A stretch of 40,095 nucleotides of DNA, taken from a virus. Lineage: Duplodnaviria > Caudoviricetes. This document shows, piece by piece, positions 17,845 to 27,153 of the stretch (position 1 is the stretch's first letter; each line of letters starts with the position of its first letter). The stretch is taken from positions 1 through 40,095 of the IMG/VR virus record IMGVR_UViG_3300049049_000213. One strand, written 5' to 3'. Below the pieces are notes generated by a model. That model made no database searches. It was not told where the DNA came from and was given only the letters and a program-made list of their open reading frames with translations. A program made the position numbers and the translations under genes.

Positions 17845-19110
17845 TCACGCCCCCGTCGGCGAGATGCCGGTGATCTTCACCTGCCGCGACGGCTTGCGGC
17901 AGAAGAGGAACATGCTCGAGAAGTTGAGGATCTCGAGGCCCGCGTAGCCGGGGACGTTGTGGAAGAACTGGTCCTTCGGCAGGCCCGGGAGCGTGTCGAC
18001 GAGGTCGCTCTCGCCACCGCGCACCCACTCCTCCGGCGTGATGCCGAACGCCTCGCCGCGCTTCACGCACGAATGCGGGACGACGTTCATCGCGCCGCCG
18101 TTCGCACCGTAGAACGTGAGCTTGTTGGCGCCCTGCTTGTACTCGCGGCCGGTCGACTCCGCGTAGCGGCGCAGCGCGCTCTCGTTGTCCGCGAGGTTCG
18201 ACCACGACAGCGTCGGGACGAGCCAGGTGATGTCGGTCTCGAGGCCGCGGTCCACCGCGTCCACCGTCGCGCGGTGGAGGATGCCCATCGTCAGCGGCAC
18301 GCTCGAGACGGTCTTCACGTTGCCGCGCCACAGCGAGTAGGTCGCCGCGTCGATGCCGTGCAGCGAGCCGGTGTTCGTCACGACCTTGTCGATGCCGGTG
18401 AAGCTGCCGTTCGTGCCGTCCGCGTCGCGGAAGACGAGCACGTCGCCGCTCGCGAGGTCGCCGAGGTCGCCCGAGTCGCCCGAGATGGTGATCGTGCGGT
18501 TGTCGAAGTCGACCGCCTCGACCACGTACGCCTGCGCGTTGCTGCGCAGCGTGCCACCGAGCGCCGAGAGGCCGTCGATGCGCATGCCCTCGCCGCGCGC
18601 CCAGATGCCGGGCGCCCACGACGCCGCGGTGAGCGTGACGACTTTGTTCGAGCCGCTCGTGCTCGGCGTGCCCGAGACGACGCCGATGGTGCTCTGCCCG
18701 TAGAGCATGAGCCACTCGAGGTAGTTTCGGTGGGAGCGCATGAGCTCCATCACCTGGTAGTCGACGATCGGGCCGTAGCTCGTGTCGCCGCCCATCGCTG
18801 CCGCGACCGCGCCGACCGCGATCTGGTCGCGAAGCGTGATCTCGCAGCCCGAGATCTCCACCTCGTCCATGACGGGGCTCTTCGGGTCGTTGTAGGCGTA
18901 GACGGTACCGCGGGCGCTGCCGCCCTTGATGGTCACGCCGTGCGCGCTGCGGAGCAGCACGGGCTCGACGTACGCGCGGCCGGTCTTCGCCTTCTGCTGG
19001 AACGGGATCGCTTCCTGGATCTTGGAGTTGTCCGGAAGCGCGTCGTTCTTCTTGCCGTACCGGTTCTTGTACCACGCCTGGTGGTTGCCGGCTTCGATCG
19101 TGACTGCCAT
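17845..19110 (-). CDS. Major capsid protein
   Basis: 421 aa after the scaffold; TGIDKVV, LHGIDAATYSLWRG and terminal PSRQVKITGI pattern; SD GGAG. Confidence 0.88.
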   Translation of the reverse strand: MAVTIEAGNHQAWYKNRYGKKNDALPDNSKIQEAIPFQQKAKTGRAYVEPVLLRSAHGVTIKGGSARGTVYAYNDPKSPVMDEVEISGCEITLRDQIAVGAVAAAMGGDTSYGPIVDYQVMELMRSHRNYLEWLMLYGQSTIGVVSGTPSTSGSNKVVTLTAASWAPGIWARGEGMRIDGLSALGGTLRSNAQAYVVEAVDFDNRTITISGDSGDLGDLASGDVLVFRDADGTNGSFTGIDKVVTNTGSLHGIDAATYSLWRGNVKTVSSVPLTMGILHRATVDAVDRGLETDITWLVPTLSWSNLADNESALRRYAESTGREYKQGANKLTFYGANGGAMNVVPHSCVKRGEAFGITPEEWVRGGESDLVDTLPGLPKDQFFHNVPGYAGLEILNFSSMFLFCRKPSRQVKITGISPTGA

Positions 19111-19310
19111 GACCCCGACTCCGAATCTCGAGCGATTTCGCTCGTTTGCGATTCGGCGCTTCCGCTTGCCGGGGTCCGCAGGTGAACGCCGCTTACGCGG
19201 TTGGCTCACCCATCGGGCGGGTCGTACGTCGCCAGATGTTTGCTCGTGAGCATGAAACGGATCGATGGCTCATGCAAGGGACCTATCAATCCGGCTCATG
19301 CTTCACGGCG
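19111..19310 (-). promoter_or_regulatory. Structured capsid leader: three stem-loops (19245-19307, 19181-19210, 19121-19156)
   Basis: Paired by hand; GUAA tetraloop; G-U pairs favour the minus strand; the last stem overlaps the SD. Confidence 0.55.
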
Positions 19311-19335
19311 CGGCAGTGCGCGTTACCCTCATGCG

Positions 19336-19743
19336 ATGCGCACACGATGGGTGGTCGCCGCGCTCTTGCTCGCGGCGTGTGGAGAGCCTCGGTGGGACGG
19401 GATCTATGCGGGCTCGGTATTGATCGAGTCGACCGACTGCGACACGGGCGAGGCCCTCGAGCCGCAGGCGTTCGAGACAAGCGTGACGGTGGCCGAACTC
19501 GGCGGCCGACTCACCGTCAACACGGCGTGCCCGTACATCCTCGAGCGCTCAGGTTCGACAGCGACGGTGATGCCCACGTCGTGCACCGACACGGCGTCCG
19601 ACGGGACCATCATCCGCACGGAGGTGCGAGCCGGCAGCGCATCGATCAACGGGGACGAGCTGTCGATCGAGGTGTCCCGCGTCGTGACTCGCGGGACCCT
19701 GTGCGACTCCGTGCACGACACGTTCGTCGGGACGCGCCGCTAG
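19336..19743 (+). CDS. Antisense moron lipoprotein (lipobox LAAC)
   Basis: MRTRWVVAALLLAAC; beta-rich with four further Cys; opposite strand within the head operon. Confidence 0.8.
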   Translation: MRTRWVVAALLLAACGEPRWDGIYAGSVLIESTDCDTGEALEPQAFETSVTVAELGGRLTVNTACPYILERSGSTATVMPTSCTDTASDGTIIRTEVRAGSASINGDELSIEVSRVVTRGTLCDSVHDTFVGTRR

Positions 19744-20786
19744 CGCCGCCACGTCCGGTCCAGCTCGCGCTGGAAGTCCACTGCCGACATGCGCCGCTGG
19801 GGCTGCCGCTGGACGGGCGGAGGTGCAGTCGGCGCGGCGGGGTCCATGCGGCCGGGCTGCGCCTCGAGCGCGGCGACGGTCTGCTGCTGCTGCTGACGCT
19901 GGTGGTGCGACACGAGCTCGTTGTACTCGTCACGCACCATCGCGACGGCCTCTCGCAGCGTCATGGGCACGCTGTTCCGGCGCGCCGTCGAGAGCGTCTC
20001 GGCGAGCATCGCGATCATGCGGCCGTTGGGCTGCCCGTTCGAGAGCTTCGCCGGCAGACCGGCAGCCTCGAGCGCCGGCACCCACTCCGCCACGAGTTGC
20101 TGCTGCCGCTGCTCTGCGAGCCGCCCAACGCGCTGCTCCTCGGCGCGCTTGATCTCGGCCTCGCGGCGGGCGAGTTCCTGCTCACGGCGCGACAGCGTCT
20201 GCTCCTGCTGGCTGCGCTGGTCGAACGCGGCGCGCTGGTCGGGCGGGAGCTTCTCGTACTCGATGCGCTGCGCGAGCTCGTTCGCGAGCATGTCGTAGAA
20301 TCGCTCTTCACCGAGAGCGCGCTTGAGCACGCGCGCGGCACTCTGCGGGTTGCGCAGCGTCTCCTCGAGCTTCTGGACCTTCGCGGCCATCGCTTGCTCG
20401 CGCTGCTCGACCTCGCGCTTCAGCTTCGACGCCTCATCGAAGCGCTTCATGCTCGCGCGCACGCGCTCGTACGACTTGCCGAGGTCCTCGAAGGGCACCT
20501 CGAGCTCCTCGCCGTCAACCTTCACGCGGTGCTTGTACTCGGCGAGGTCGAGCTCGAGCTCTTGCTCTGCGTCGCCCACGCGCGCCTTCGTCTTCCACGG
20601 AAAGCGCGGCTTGGGCGTCTCGAGCGCGGCGCCCTCCTGCTGCATCCCGCTCGGCGGCGCGGGTGCGTTGGCAGTCGGCGGGATGCCGGTGATGCCGCTC
20701 GGGCCCGAGGCCGTCGAGGGCGCGGAGGTCGGCGCGCTGGGCGCGCTCGTGGGGGCCGAGGGGCCGGGTCCGGACATGCCTTCCAT
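19740..20786 (-). CDS. Scaffolding protein
   Basis: VKVDGEELEVPFEDL motif, coiled coil, between portal and capsid. Confidence 0.85.
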   Translation of the reverse strand: MEGMSGPGPSAPTSAPSAPTSAPSTASGPSGITGIPPTANAPAPPSGMQQEGAALETPKPRFPWKTKARVGDAEQELELDLAEYKHRVKVDGEELEVPFEDLGKSYERVRASMKRFDEASKLKREVEQREQAMAAKVQKLEETLRNPQSAARVLKRALGEERFYDMLANELAQRIEYEKLPPDQRAAFDQRSQQEQTLSRREQELARREAEIKRAEEQRVGRLAEQRQQQLVAEWVPALEAAGLPAKLSNGQPNGRMIAMLAETLSTARRNSVPMTLREAVAMVRDEYNELVSHHQRQQQQQTVAALEAQPGRMDPAAPTAPPPVQRQPQRRMSAVDFQRELDRTWRR

Positions 20787-23041
20787 CACTGCACCTGCTG
20801 CGGGTTAGGGGCTCGCTCGCCCGTCATCGGATTCGTCGGCATCAGGGGCCCATCCTTCGGGCCCGGCTGACCCATCACCTCGGCGCGCTCTTCCTTCGGA
20901 GCGCCACCGCCGCCTGCGTCGGGAGCAGGCGGGCCTTCACCGGGCGGCGCGCCAGCACCGGGCATCACCCACGGCGGCACCTCCTGCCCGATGGCCCACA
21001 TCAGCTCGACGGGCTTCGCAGCGCGCGGCTCTTCGCCGGCTGCGATGAGCGCCTGCGCGGCGAACGGCGCGCCCATCGCGGCGAGGTGCTGGAGCACGTG
21101 GACCGCGTGCACCTTGAGGAGCGCTTGGTTGCGCCGCACCTCGGGCGAGTACGTGACGGCGCGGTGATGCTTGATGTGGATGTCGTCGCGGTCGCCGTCG
21201 TTGACCGGCACCTGGCGGCCCGAGGAAAGCTCCTCGTTCTCGTCCATGATCTGCCGAATCTCCTCCGGGCTCTCGTCGGCGATTCGCGAGAGCAGCGGCT
21301 CGACGCGCCCGGTGTTGAGCAGCTCGTAGAACTGGCCGAGGTCGATCGCGCCCGCGGTGAGCTGCTGCATCGCGAGGTCCATCAGACCCGCGCCGCGCAG
21401 GTTCGTGCTCATGAGCTCGACGTGCACACGCTGCACGCCCTGGAGCTGCTGGCCGGTGAACTCGCGGATCGAGCGCGCGTTGCGCTTGCCCACGATCTCG
21501 GCGAGGCGCGGGATGGGCGAGAACCGCTGATACAGCTTGAGCAGGCCCGTGCCCACGCGCTCGTCGTTCCGCGTGACCTGACCCTGGAGCACGCTCTGGA
21601 AGTGCGTGGCGAGCGACTGCACGAGCGCGAGCGCGGCGCCGCTCTTGAGGTTCGACTGCGGCTCACCACGCGCCACGGAGTTGACGCCCGAGAGCGTCTC
21701 CATCGTGCGCTTGTAGATGTCCTCCAGCTTGTACATGTCGCTGGGGATGGCGAGCAGCTGGAGCGGCGTCGGCGCCCCGCCCGTGGGGTGGTTGTCGACC
21801 ACGTCGTACTCGAGCAGCTGGAGCCCGCGAGAGACCATCTCCGGCGAGACGTCGGCGCCCTTCGGCGCGGCGATGTTCTGGATGCCGAACGCGTCGGCAC
21901 TCGAAGCCATCGCCGTAATCGTCGCGTCGAGCAGCTCTTGCAGACAGAGCAGGTCCCACATGGGCGAATAGCCCATCTCCGTATCGATCTGCTTCATCGG
22001 GAGCAGGTCGTAGATCGGGAGCTCGTCGCCGAACTTCCACTCTTCGTCCACGAGCACATGCGGGCCCGCGACGAGCGCGTAGCGACCCTTCGGCAGTGCG
22101 TCGCACGGCGGGTGGTACAGGCACCACACGGCGATCGTGTCGTCATCGTCGGCGGGCTTCTGCCGCGCGTCGTCGCCCCACACGCGGCGGGCCCACTGCT
22201 CTTGGCCGCGCAGCGCGATGAGGTGCTCGCGCAGCTGCGGGTACCGCGAGGCGAGGTCCCACACGTTCTCGCGATGCGGGACGATGGCGTAGCGCAGCTC
22301 TCGCGAGTCGAGGTCGCGCACCACCTGGAGCGGCCCGAGCACCTCGGGGGCCACGTCGCCCTCGCGGCGCTCGTAGCTCTCCATGCGCGGCACGCGCTGC
22401 GTCTCGTAGACGCCGGGCGGCTCCTGCATGCCTCCGGGCGGCTGCGGCGCGTTCGGGTCGCTGACGGGCGTCTCGACCTCGTCGAAGACCTGCTCGCCGT
22501 GCTGGTCGTAGACGGGCCGCTGTGCGGTCGCCCCCGGCACCACACGACCCGCGTGCACGTCCCAGCGGAGGTGCAGGTAGCCCTCGCCCGACACCACGGC
22601 GCGCTCGACCTGCTGGATGCGCAGGTCCTCGATGCGCTTGGTGCGGTACGCCCAATCGACGACGCCGCGCGCGAGGCTCGCAGCCTCGAGCGACTGCACA
22701 TCGCTGTTGATGGCGGTGGCGGTGAACGCGGGACGCGCGCCGGTCACCATCGCGATCACGGCCTGCGTGATGCTGCGGTAGTGGTTGATGCGCGCGAGCA
22801 CGAGCTCGCCCTCGTCGCCGCCGTAGGTGACAGCGACGCTGTTCGCCCAGCCGCCCTCGCCGTCGAGGCCGTAGTACGTGCGCTCGGACTTGCGCCACAC
22901 GTCGAGGCGCCCGTCGCGCTCGAGGCGCTCACGGAATGCCTGCGCCTTCGCGTCGATCACGGCCGGCAGCTCGGCGCTCTCGACACTCGCCCAGTACTTG
23001 TCTGTCGGGATCGCCTTCGCGGCGCCGTTCGTGTTGCTCAT
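20786..23041 (-). CDS. Portal protein (P22-like size)
   Basis: 751 aa from MSNTNG (SD GAGGAG); INHYRSI, SGEGYL, LSGVNSVARG...SGAAL motifs. Confidence 0.88.
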   Translation of the reverse strand: MSNTNGAAKAIPTDKYWASVESAELPAVIDAKAQAFRERLERDGRLDVWRKSERTYYGLDGEGGWANSVAVTYGGDEGELVLARINHYRSITQAVIAMVTGARPAFTATAINSDVQSLEAASLARGVVDWAYRTKRIEDLRIQQVERAVVSGEGYLHLRWDVHAGRVVPGATAQRPVYDQHGEQVFDEVETPVSDPNAPQPPGGMQEPPGVYETQRVPRMESYERREGDVAPEVLGPLQVVRDLDSRELRYAIVPHRENVWDLASRYPQLREHLIALRGQEQWARRVWGDDARQKPADDDDTIAVWCLYHPPCDALPKGRYALVAGPHVLVDEEWKFGDELPIYDLLPMKQIDTEMGYSPMWDLLCLQELLDATITAMASSADAFGIQNIAAPKGADVSPEMVSRGLQLLEYDVVDNHPTGGAPTPLQLLAIPSDMYKLEDIYKRTMETLSGVNSVARGEPQSNLKSGAALALVQSLATHFQSVLQGQVTRNDERVGTGLLKLYQRFSPIPRLAEIVGKRNARSIREFTGQQLQGVQRVHVELMSTNLRGAGLMDLAMQQLTAGAIDLGQFYELLNTGRVEPLLSRIADESPEEIRQIMDENEELSSGRQVPVNDGDRDDIHIKHHRAVTYSPEVRRNQALLKVHAVHVLQHLAAMGAPFAAQALIAAGEEPRAAKPVELMWAIGQEVPPWVMPGAGAPPGEGPPAPDAGGGGAPKEERAEVMGQPGPKDGPLMPTNPMTGERAPNPQQVQ

Positions 23042-23295
23042 CGCTCCTCGCCTTCGTTCATCCAGAACAGCAGCGCGACGAGCGCGCGTGCCCAATACCT
23101 CGCCGCCCAATCGCGGCAGCGCTCGAGATTCTTCTGGCGGTCCGCGCGCACATCTTCGAGGTACGCCGCGATCACGCCGAGGTGGTCGCCGTCGGGCGCC
23201 TGCCCAGGCTCCACGAACAGCCACCGGTGCGCGGTGGTCTCCATGTTCTTCGCGCTGAGTACGCGCCCGCGAGCCTTCCCGGCCGGGTCTCTCAT
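23038..23295 (-). CDS. Hypothetical protein between terL and portal
   Basis: ATGA overlaps at both ends. Confidence 0.55.
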   Translation of the reverse strand: MRDPAGKARGRVLSAKNMETTAHRWLFVEPGQAPDGDHLGVIAAYLEDVRADRQKNLERCRDWAARYWARALVALLFWMNEGEER

Positions 23296-24791
23296 CGTCG
23301 CTCTCTCCGCGGCTTGAACGCCTGCCTCAACTTCGATTGCCGCGGGTCCACAAGCAGACTCGCGGGGATGTGGTGGCTGTAGTGGTGGACGCCCGGCGCG
23401 AGCAGCGGCGCGGGGTTCACGTGCTCTTTCGAGCGCACCTCTCGAGCGAGGTAGACGACCGCGGCGCACCCGTCGTAGTGGTGCTGCCCCTCGTCGGTCT
23501 GCATGCGCTCGAAGCTCGTGCGGGCGTTGTTCCACCGCGCCGAGCGCATGTGCGCGACGATGGTCTTACAGCGCGGGTGCACGACGAGCCCGCCGCGCTT
23601 GATGCGCAGGCGCAGCGCGTTGACGGCTTGCGACAGCTCGCCGTTGTAGACGGTCTGCCACCGGTCGGGCTGGTCCGAGCCAGGCGCGAGCGGCGTCTGC
23701 TCCTGACGCGCGATGTCCGCCACCGTGATCGGAGGGCCGTCGAGCTTGCGCACCAGCGGGCGGCGCTGACCCCACAGCCGTGCAGCGATGGTGCTCGCCT
23801 CTCGCTGCACGATGTCGCTGGTGGGGCGGCGCAGGGCGAGCTCATCCTCGATGACGATCGTCGCGCGCTCGAAGTCGTAGTACGCGAACGCGATGACCGT
23901 CATGTCGACGTAGCCGAGGTCGCCCACGACGAACGCGTTGAAGTGCTCGGGGCGCACGTAGTCGTCGCGCACCACCTCAGCCTCGAGCTCGGAGAACTCC
24001 GGCAGCACAGCGCGCGTCGGATCGGTCACCGAGAGCGCGAGGCCCTCACGCTTCCATGCGATGGACTCGGGCCCGCCGACGTCGTCGCACCACTGCGCGA
24101 TTTCCTCGCGCGGAATGTGCGGCGCGTCGTAGATGTCGCGGCGCATGAAGGCGGCGCGCGACTCCGCTTCGATCGCGAAGCCCTCGAAGGGATGGTCAGG
24201 CGCCTCGGGCGGGCTCGAGGCGATCAGCATGCGGCCCTGCGTCGTGGCGAGCTGCGGGCGGATGACGCTCGTCACCACGTAGCCGAGCACCGGGATGAAG
24301 CCGCCCTCGTCCACGAACGCGTCGTGCGCAGCGGGCCCACGGAGGCGGTCGGCTTTGAGCTGGTCCTCGCAGCCCTGGAGCACGATGCGCGAGCCGTTCT
24401 TGAACCGCATCTCGTTGGCCACGAGCTCGGGGCGCAGGCGGTCCGGCGCGTCGCCCGCCAGCTCGAGGAAGTGCGGCGTCACGAACTCCTTTACGGCCGA
24501 CTGCGTCTGCGCGGCGTAGAGGATGCGGCGGTTCGGTCCGGCGAGAGCGCTCTCGAAGGCGAGCACGCTGCACGTGCGGGTCTTGCCCCAGCGGCGCGCG
24601 ATCTTGGCGACGATGCGGCGCACCTTCCGGCGAGGCGCTTCGTAGAAGAGCGAGCGGAGCTCCTGCTGCGAGCGGTTGAGCGCGTAGGACAGGTCGCCCG
24701 CTTCCCAGCACGCAGCGGCACACGCCCGCCGATACGCCTCGGGGCCGAGACGTTCGCGAAGCGCGCGGAGCTCTGCGGGCGTGGCGGCCAT
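23292..24791 (-). CDS. terL: Terminase large subunit
   Basis: Walker A ARRWGKT, Walker B AFVDEGG, coupling motif ASSP, nuclease GDLGYVD...HYDG. Confidence 0.92.
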   Translation of the reverse strand: MAATPAELRALRERLGPEAYRRACAAACWEAGDLSYALNRSQQELRSLFYEAPRRKVRRIVAKIARRWGKTRTCSVLAFESALAGPNRRILYAAQTQSAVKEFVTPHFLELAGDAPDRLRPELVANEMRFKNGSRIVLQGCEDQLKADRLRGPAAHDAFVDEGGFIPVLGYVVTSVIRPQLATTQGRMLIASSPPEAPDHPFEGFAIEAESRAAFMRRDIYDAPHIPREEIAQWCDDVGGPESIAWKREGLALSVTDPTRAVLPEFSELEAEVVRDDYVRPEHFNAFVVGDLGYVDMTVIAFAYYDFERATIVIEDELALRRPTSDIVQREASTIAARLWGQRRPLVRKLDGPPITVADIARQEQTPLAPGSDQPDRWQTVYNGELSQAVNALRLRIKRGGLVVHPRCKTIVAHMRSARWNNARTSFERMQTDEGQHHYDGCAAVVYLAREVRSKEHVNPAPLLAPGVHHYSHHIPASLLVDPRQSKLRQAFKPRRERR

Positions 24792-24991
24792 CAGAGCGGC
24801 ACCTCGGCGGCGTCAGGTTGGAACTCGACGCGCCCGGCCCTCTTGTCGATGTCGTAGCCCTTGCCGAGGCAGTAGCCGCAGGCCCACGCCACGGCCTCGC
24901 GGTCGGTCTCAGCGGCCCAGCGCGGGACCGGGATGGTCACCGCGATTCCGACGGGCGGGCTGCCCAGCAGCGGGAACCGAACGCCCCACAT
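24791..24991 (-). CDS. Hypothetical protein
   Basis: TGATG coupling at both ends. Confidence 0.55.
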   Translation of the reverse strand: MWGVRFPLLGSPPVGIAVTIPVPRWAAETDREAVAWACGYCLGKGYDIDKRAGRVEFQPDAAEVPL

Positions 24992-25395
24992 CAGAAGAAC
25001 TCCCCCGCGTGCTCGGTGTCAGCGTCGCCTGTCGCGCACCACGACAGGCGGTGCAGTACCTCGTGGCGCCAGGCCGTCGCGAGCAGCTCGCCGTGCACGT
25101 CGGCGCGGATGGCGATGACGTAGCCGCCCTCCCACTCGAAGTAGCAGCCGACGACCTCCTCGGGCCGCTCCTCGATGAGGCACGCGTCGGCCATCGCTGC
25201 GACGTCGGGCGCGCGGTACAGCGTCACGCCCGACAGGCACGGGCGCAGCTCAGGCACGCCGTACTCGGCCGCGATCGCATCGAGCGATGCCGAGCACTCC
25301 GCGGCACTCATCTCGCCGCCCGCGATGCAGTCGGGCGCGAGCTCGTGCGACGTAGCGCATCCGGCGAGCAGCAATGCGATCGCGGCGCGGGTCAC
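24991..25395 (-). CDS. Lipoprotein with HExxH motif (zincin-like)
   Basis: Lipobox LAGC; WRHEVLH followed by D...EH; several Cys. Confidence 0.7.
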   Translation of the reverse strand: MTRAAIALLLAGCATSHELAPDCIAGGEMSAAECSASLDAIAAEYGVPELRPCLSGVTLYRAPDVAAMADACLIEERPEEVVGCYFEWEGGYVIAIRADVHGELLATAWRHEVLHRLSWCATGDADTEHAGEFF

Positions 25396-25619
25396 GCGCG
25401 CACCCTCCGCGGCGCCGCGAGCGCCGACTGGTGCTGGTTCACGAGCTTCTCGGTGGCGCGCAGTCGCTCGTCCACGTCGGCACGCCAGGCGGCGTCCGTC
25501 TCGACGCGCTTGGTGCGAGCGTCGGCGCGGTCTGCGAAGGCGCGGATTGCCACGTCACGCGCGACGAGCGACAGGCCCACCGCGGCAGCGCAGACGATGA
25601 GGGCGACGAGGGCGATCAC
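25392..25619 (-). CDS. Small N-terminal TM protein
   Basis: MIALVALIVCAAAVGLSLV; coupled at both ends. Confidence 0.65.
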   Translation of the reverse strand: MIALVALIVCAAAVGLSLVARDVAIRAFADRADARTKRVETDAAWRADVDERLRATEKLVNQHQSALAAPRRVRA

Positions 25620-25837
25620 GGCGCCACCGCGCCGGACTGCGTCTGGTCGTGAGCTGCCCGCTCGATGCGCTCGAGAAGCTCTCGGCACTCCTTGTCGATC
25701 GCGCGCAGTTCCTCGACGTCGCTCCGGTCCACGAAGCCGCGCCTGATGAGCCGCTCGATGCAGCGGTTCGCGTGGTGGTCCATACGCGCGCCAGCTGCAT
25801 CGAGTTTCTGCCGAAGTTCCTTCTCGCTCGCCATCAC
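25616..25837 (-). CDS. Hypothetical protein
   Basis: SD GGAGG; coupled. Confidence 0.65.
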   Translation of the reverse strand: MMASEKELRQKLDAAGARMDHHANRCIERLIRRGFVDRSDVEELRAIDKECRELLERIERAAHDQTQSGAVAP

Positions 25838-26142
25838 GGCTCCTCCCCGCGCGACGCCTTCGTGACCTTCTCGAGGAAGGCATCGCGCATCATGTCGGTC
25901 TGAATCTGCACGGCGAGATTGCCCCGCAGGTCAGGCCCGCTCTGTTCTTCGATGCGGTGCGCATCCACCACGCTCTGAGGCAGGCAGACGAGCACGCGGC
26001 GGAAGCCGTCGTGCGGGTCGCGGATGACCACCCAGCCGACCCACGACGACTCCGCGATCGGGTTGGTCGCGATGCCGTCAGCGGGAGTGCCCAGCTTCCC
26101 CTTGGGCACGAAGAAGCTCCGATCGCGGTCTCGCTTGCTCAT
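25834..26142 (-). CDS. Hypothetical protein
   Basis: Coupled to terS by ATGA. Confidence 0.65.
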   Translation of the reverse strand: MSKRDRDRSFFVPKGKLGTPADGIATNPIAESSWVGWVVIRDPHDGFRRVLVCLPQSVVDAHRIEEQSGPDLRGNLAVQIQTDMMRDAFLEKVTKASRGEEP

Positions 26143-26564
26143 GACTCACCCTCTCCCGGAATCGACGCGTCACGCGCGCCGGCTTGTGCCTGCTCCACCG
26201 TGAGCGTCACCTGCTGCGGCCCTCCACCAGGCCCCGACACCTCGCGCTTCTCGACGAACACGCCAGCCGCCTTGGCTCGGAGCTCGCTGGCCTTGAGGCG
26301 GTCGCGCGGCTCCAGCTCGTCGTTGCGCATCAGCGTCGTCCAGAACTCGTGCAGCTCCTCGACAGTCGCGATGCTCGCTTTTTCGGCCTTTTTCGCGTGC
26401 TTTCGAAGCTCAGCGGCCACCGCAGCATTTCTCAGCAGCCGCGAGCCAGTGACCTCGAGGGCGTGTGCGGTGCCCGTGTAGCCGGCACGACGAGCGGCCT
26501 CGGTGGCGTTGCCGGTCTCGGCGTACGCGCGGACGAAGGCGGCCTGGCGAGCGTTGAGCGTCAC
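26139..26564 (-). CDS. terS: Terminase small subunit (Terminase_2-like)
   Basis: LNARQAAFVRAY...GNATEAARRAGY...GSRLL...DRLKASEL. Confidence 0.92.
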   Translation of the reverse strand: MTLNARQAAFVRAYAETGNATEAARRAGYTGTAHALEVTGSRLLRNAAVAAELRKHAKKAEKASIATVEELHEFWTTLMRNDELEPRDRLKASELRAKAAGVFVEKREVSGPGGGPQQVTLTVEQAQAGARDASIPGEGES

Positions 26565-26758
26565 GGCTTCTCCTCGACGACAGCGCGCCAGTGCGTCGAG
26601 CAGAGTTGCCGAGAGCCGTCACGCGGGTCGTAGCAGTCGGCGCGTCGCACGAGTTCCGCCGGCCACTCTCCCCGCTCGTGCTTCTCGATGCAGTCCGCGC
26701 ACCACGCCGGAGAGGCGAAGAGCGCTGCGGATGCGACCATTCGCGGCGTCTTGGCCAT
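26561..26758 (-). CDS. Small Zn-finger-like protein (CxxC...CxxH)
   Basis: SD GAGGAGG; coupled. Confidence 0.6.
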   Translation of the reverse strand: MAKTPRMVASAALFASPAWCADCIEKHERGEWPAELVRRADCYDPRDGSRQLCSTHWRAVVEEKP

Positions 26759-27153
26759 CACGTCCCCTCCTCGATGCGCCACACCAAGACCTCGGTGCGC
26801 GGGTTGAGCTTGTCGATCGCCACCTCGACGCTGGCGCGCTTGACCTGCCGGTCGGTCGCGTAGGCGATGCCCTGAAGCGCATCGAGCACCAGAGTCAGCA
26901 CGCGGTCTGCGTCGCCCTGTACGCCGTTCGGATAGAACGCCGCTACCTCCACCGCCCACCGACTGCCATCGTCGGTTCTAGGTGCCATGGCGGCGCTGCG
27001 ATTGGCCATCAGCGTGGCGTGCGCCGCTGCCGCGTGAGCCGCCTTGCCCTCGCGGGTGCGCTCGTCCTGGATCATCCGGCCGCGGACCCAGTTGTCGCGC
27101 TGCCACGAGCGTGGCCGCCCGGGGAGCGTGTATCGGAGCTCGTGCGCGGTCAT
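26758..27153 (-). CDS. rusA: RusA-like Holliday junction resolvase
   Basis: LPGRP.S, DAD...LDALQG.AY.TD.QV, NPRTEV. Confidence 0.8.
   Translation of the reverse strand: MTAHELRYTLPGRPRSWQRDNWVRGRMIQDERTREGKAAHAAAAHATLMANRSAAMAPRTDDGSRWAVEVAAFYPNGVQGDADRVLTLVLDALQGIAYATDRQVKRASVEVAIDKLNPRTEVLVWRIEEGT

Noticed and set aside
17840-17860. Programmed frameshift fusing capsid to decoration protein
   Set aside because: Fusion needs a +1 shift at ACG-GGG-GCG-TGA, which is not a canonical shift site; -1 hits a stop at once; the G-run can simply act as the SD. Not excluded without proteomics.
7263-24857. Long plus-strand ORFs (e.g. 7263-9713, 13053-15878, 16990-19185, 21086-23317, 23337-24857)
   Set aside because: Antisense shadows of structural genes in high-GC DNA; Arg/Ala-rich with no motifs.
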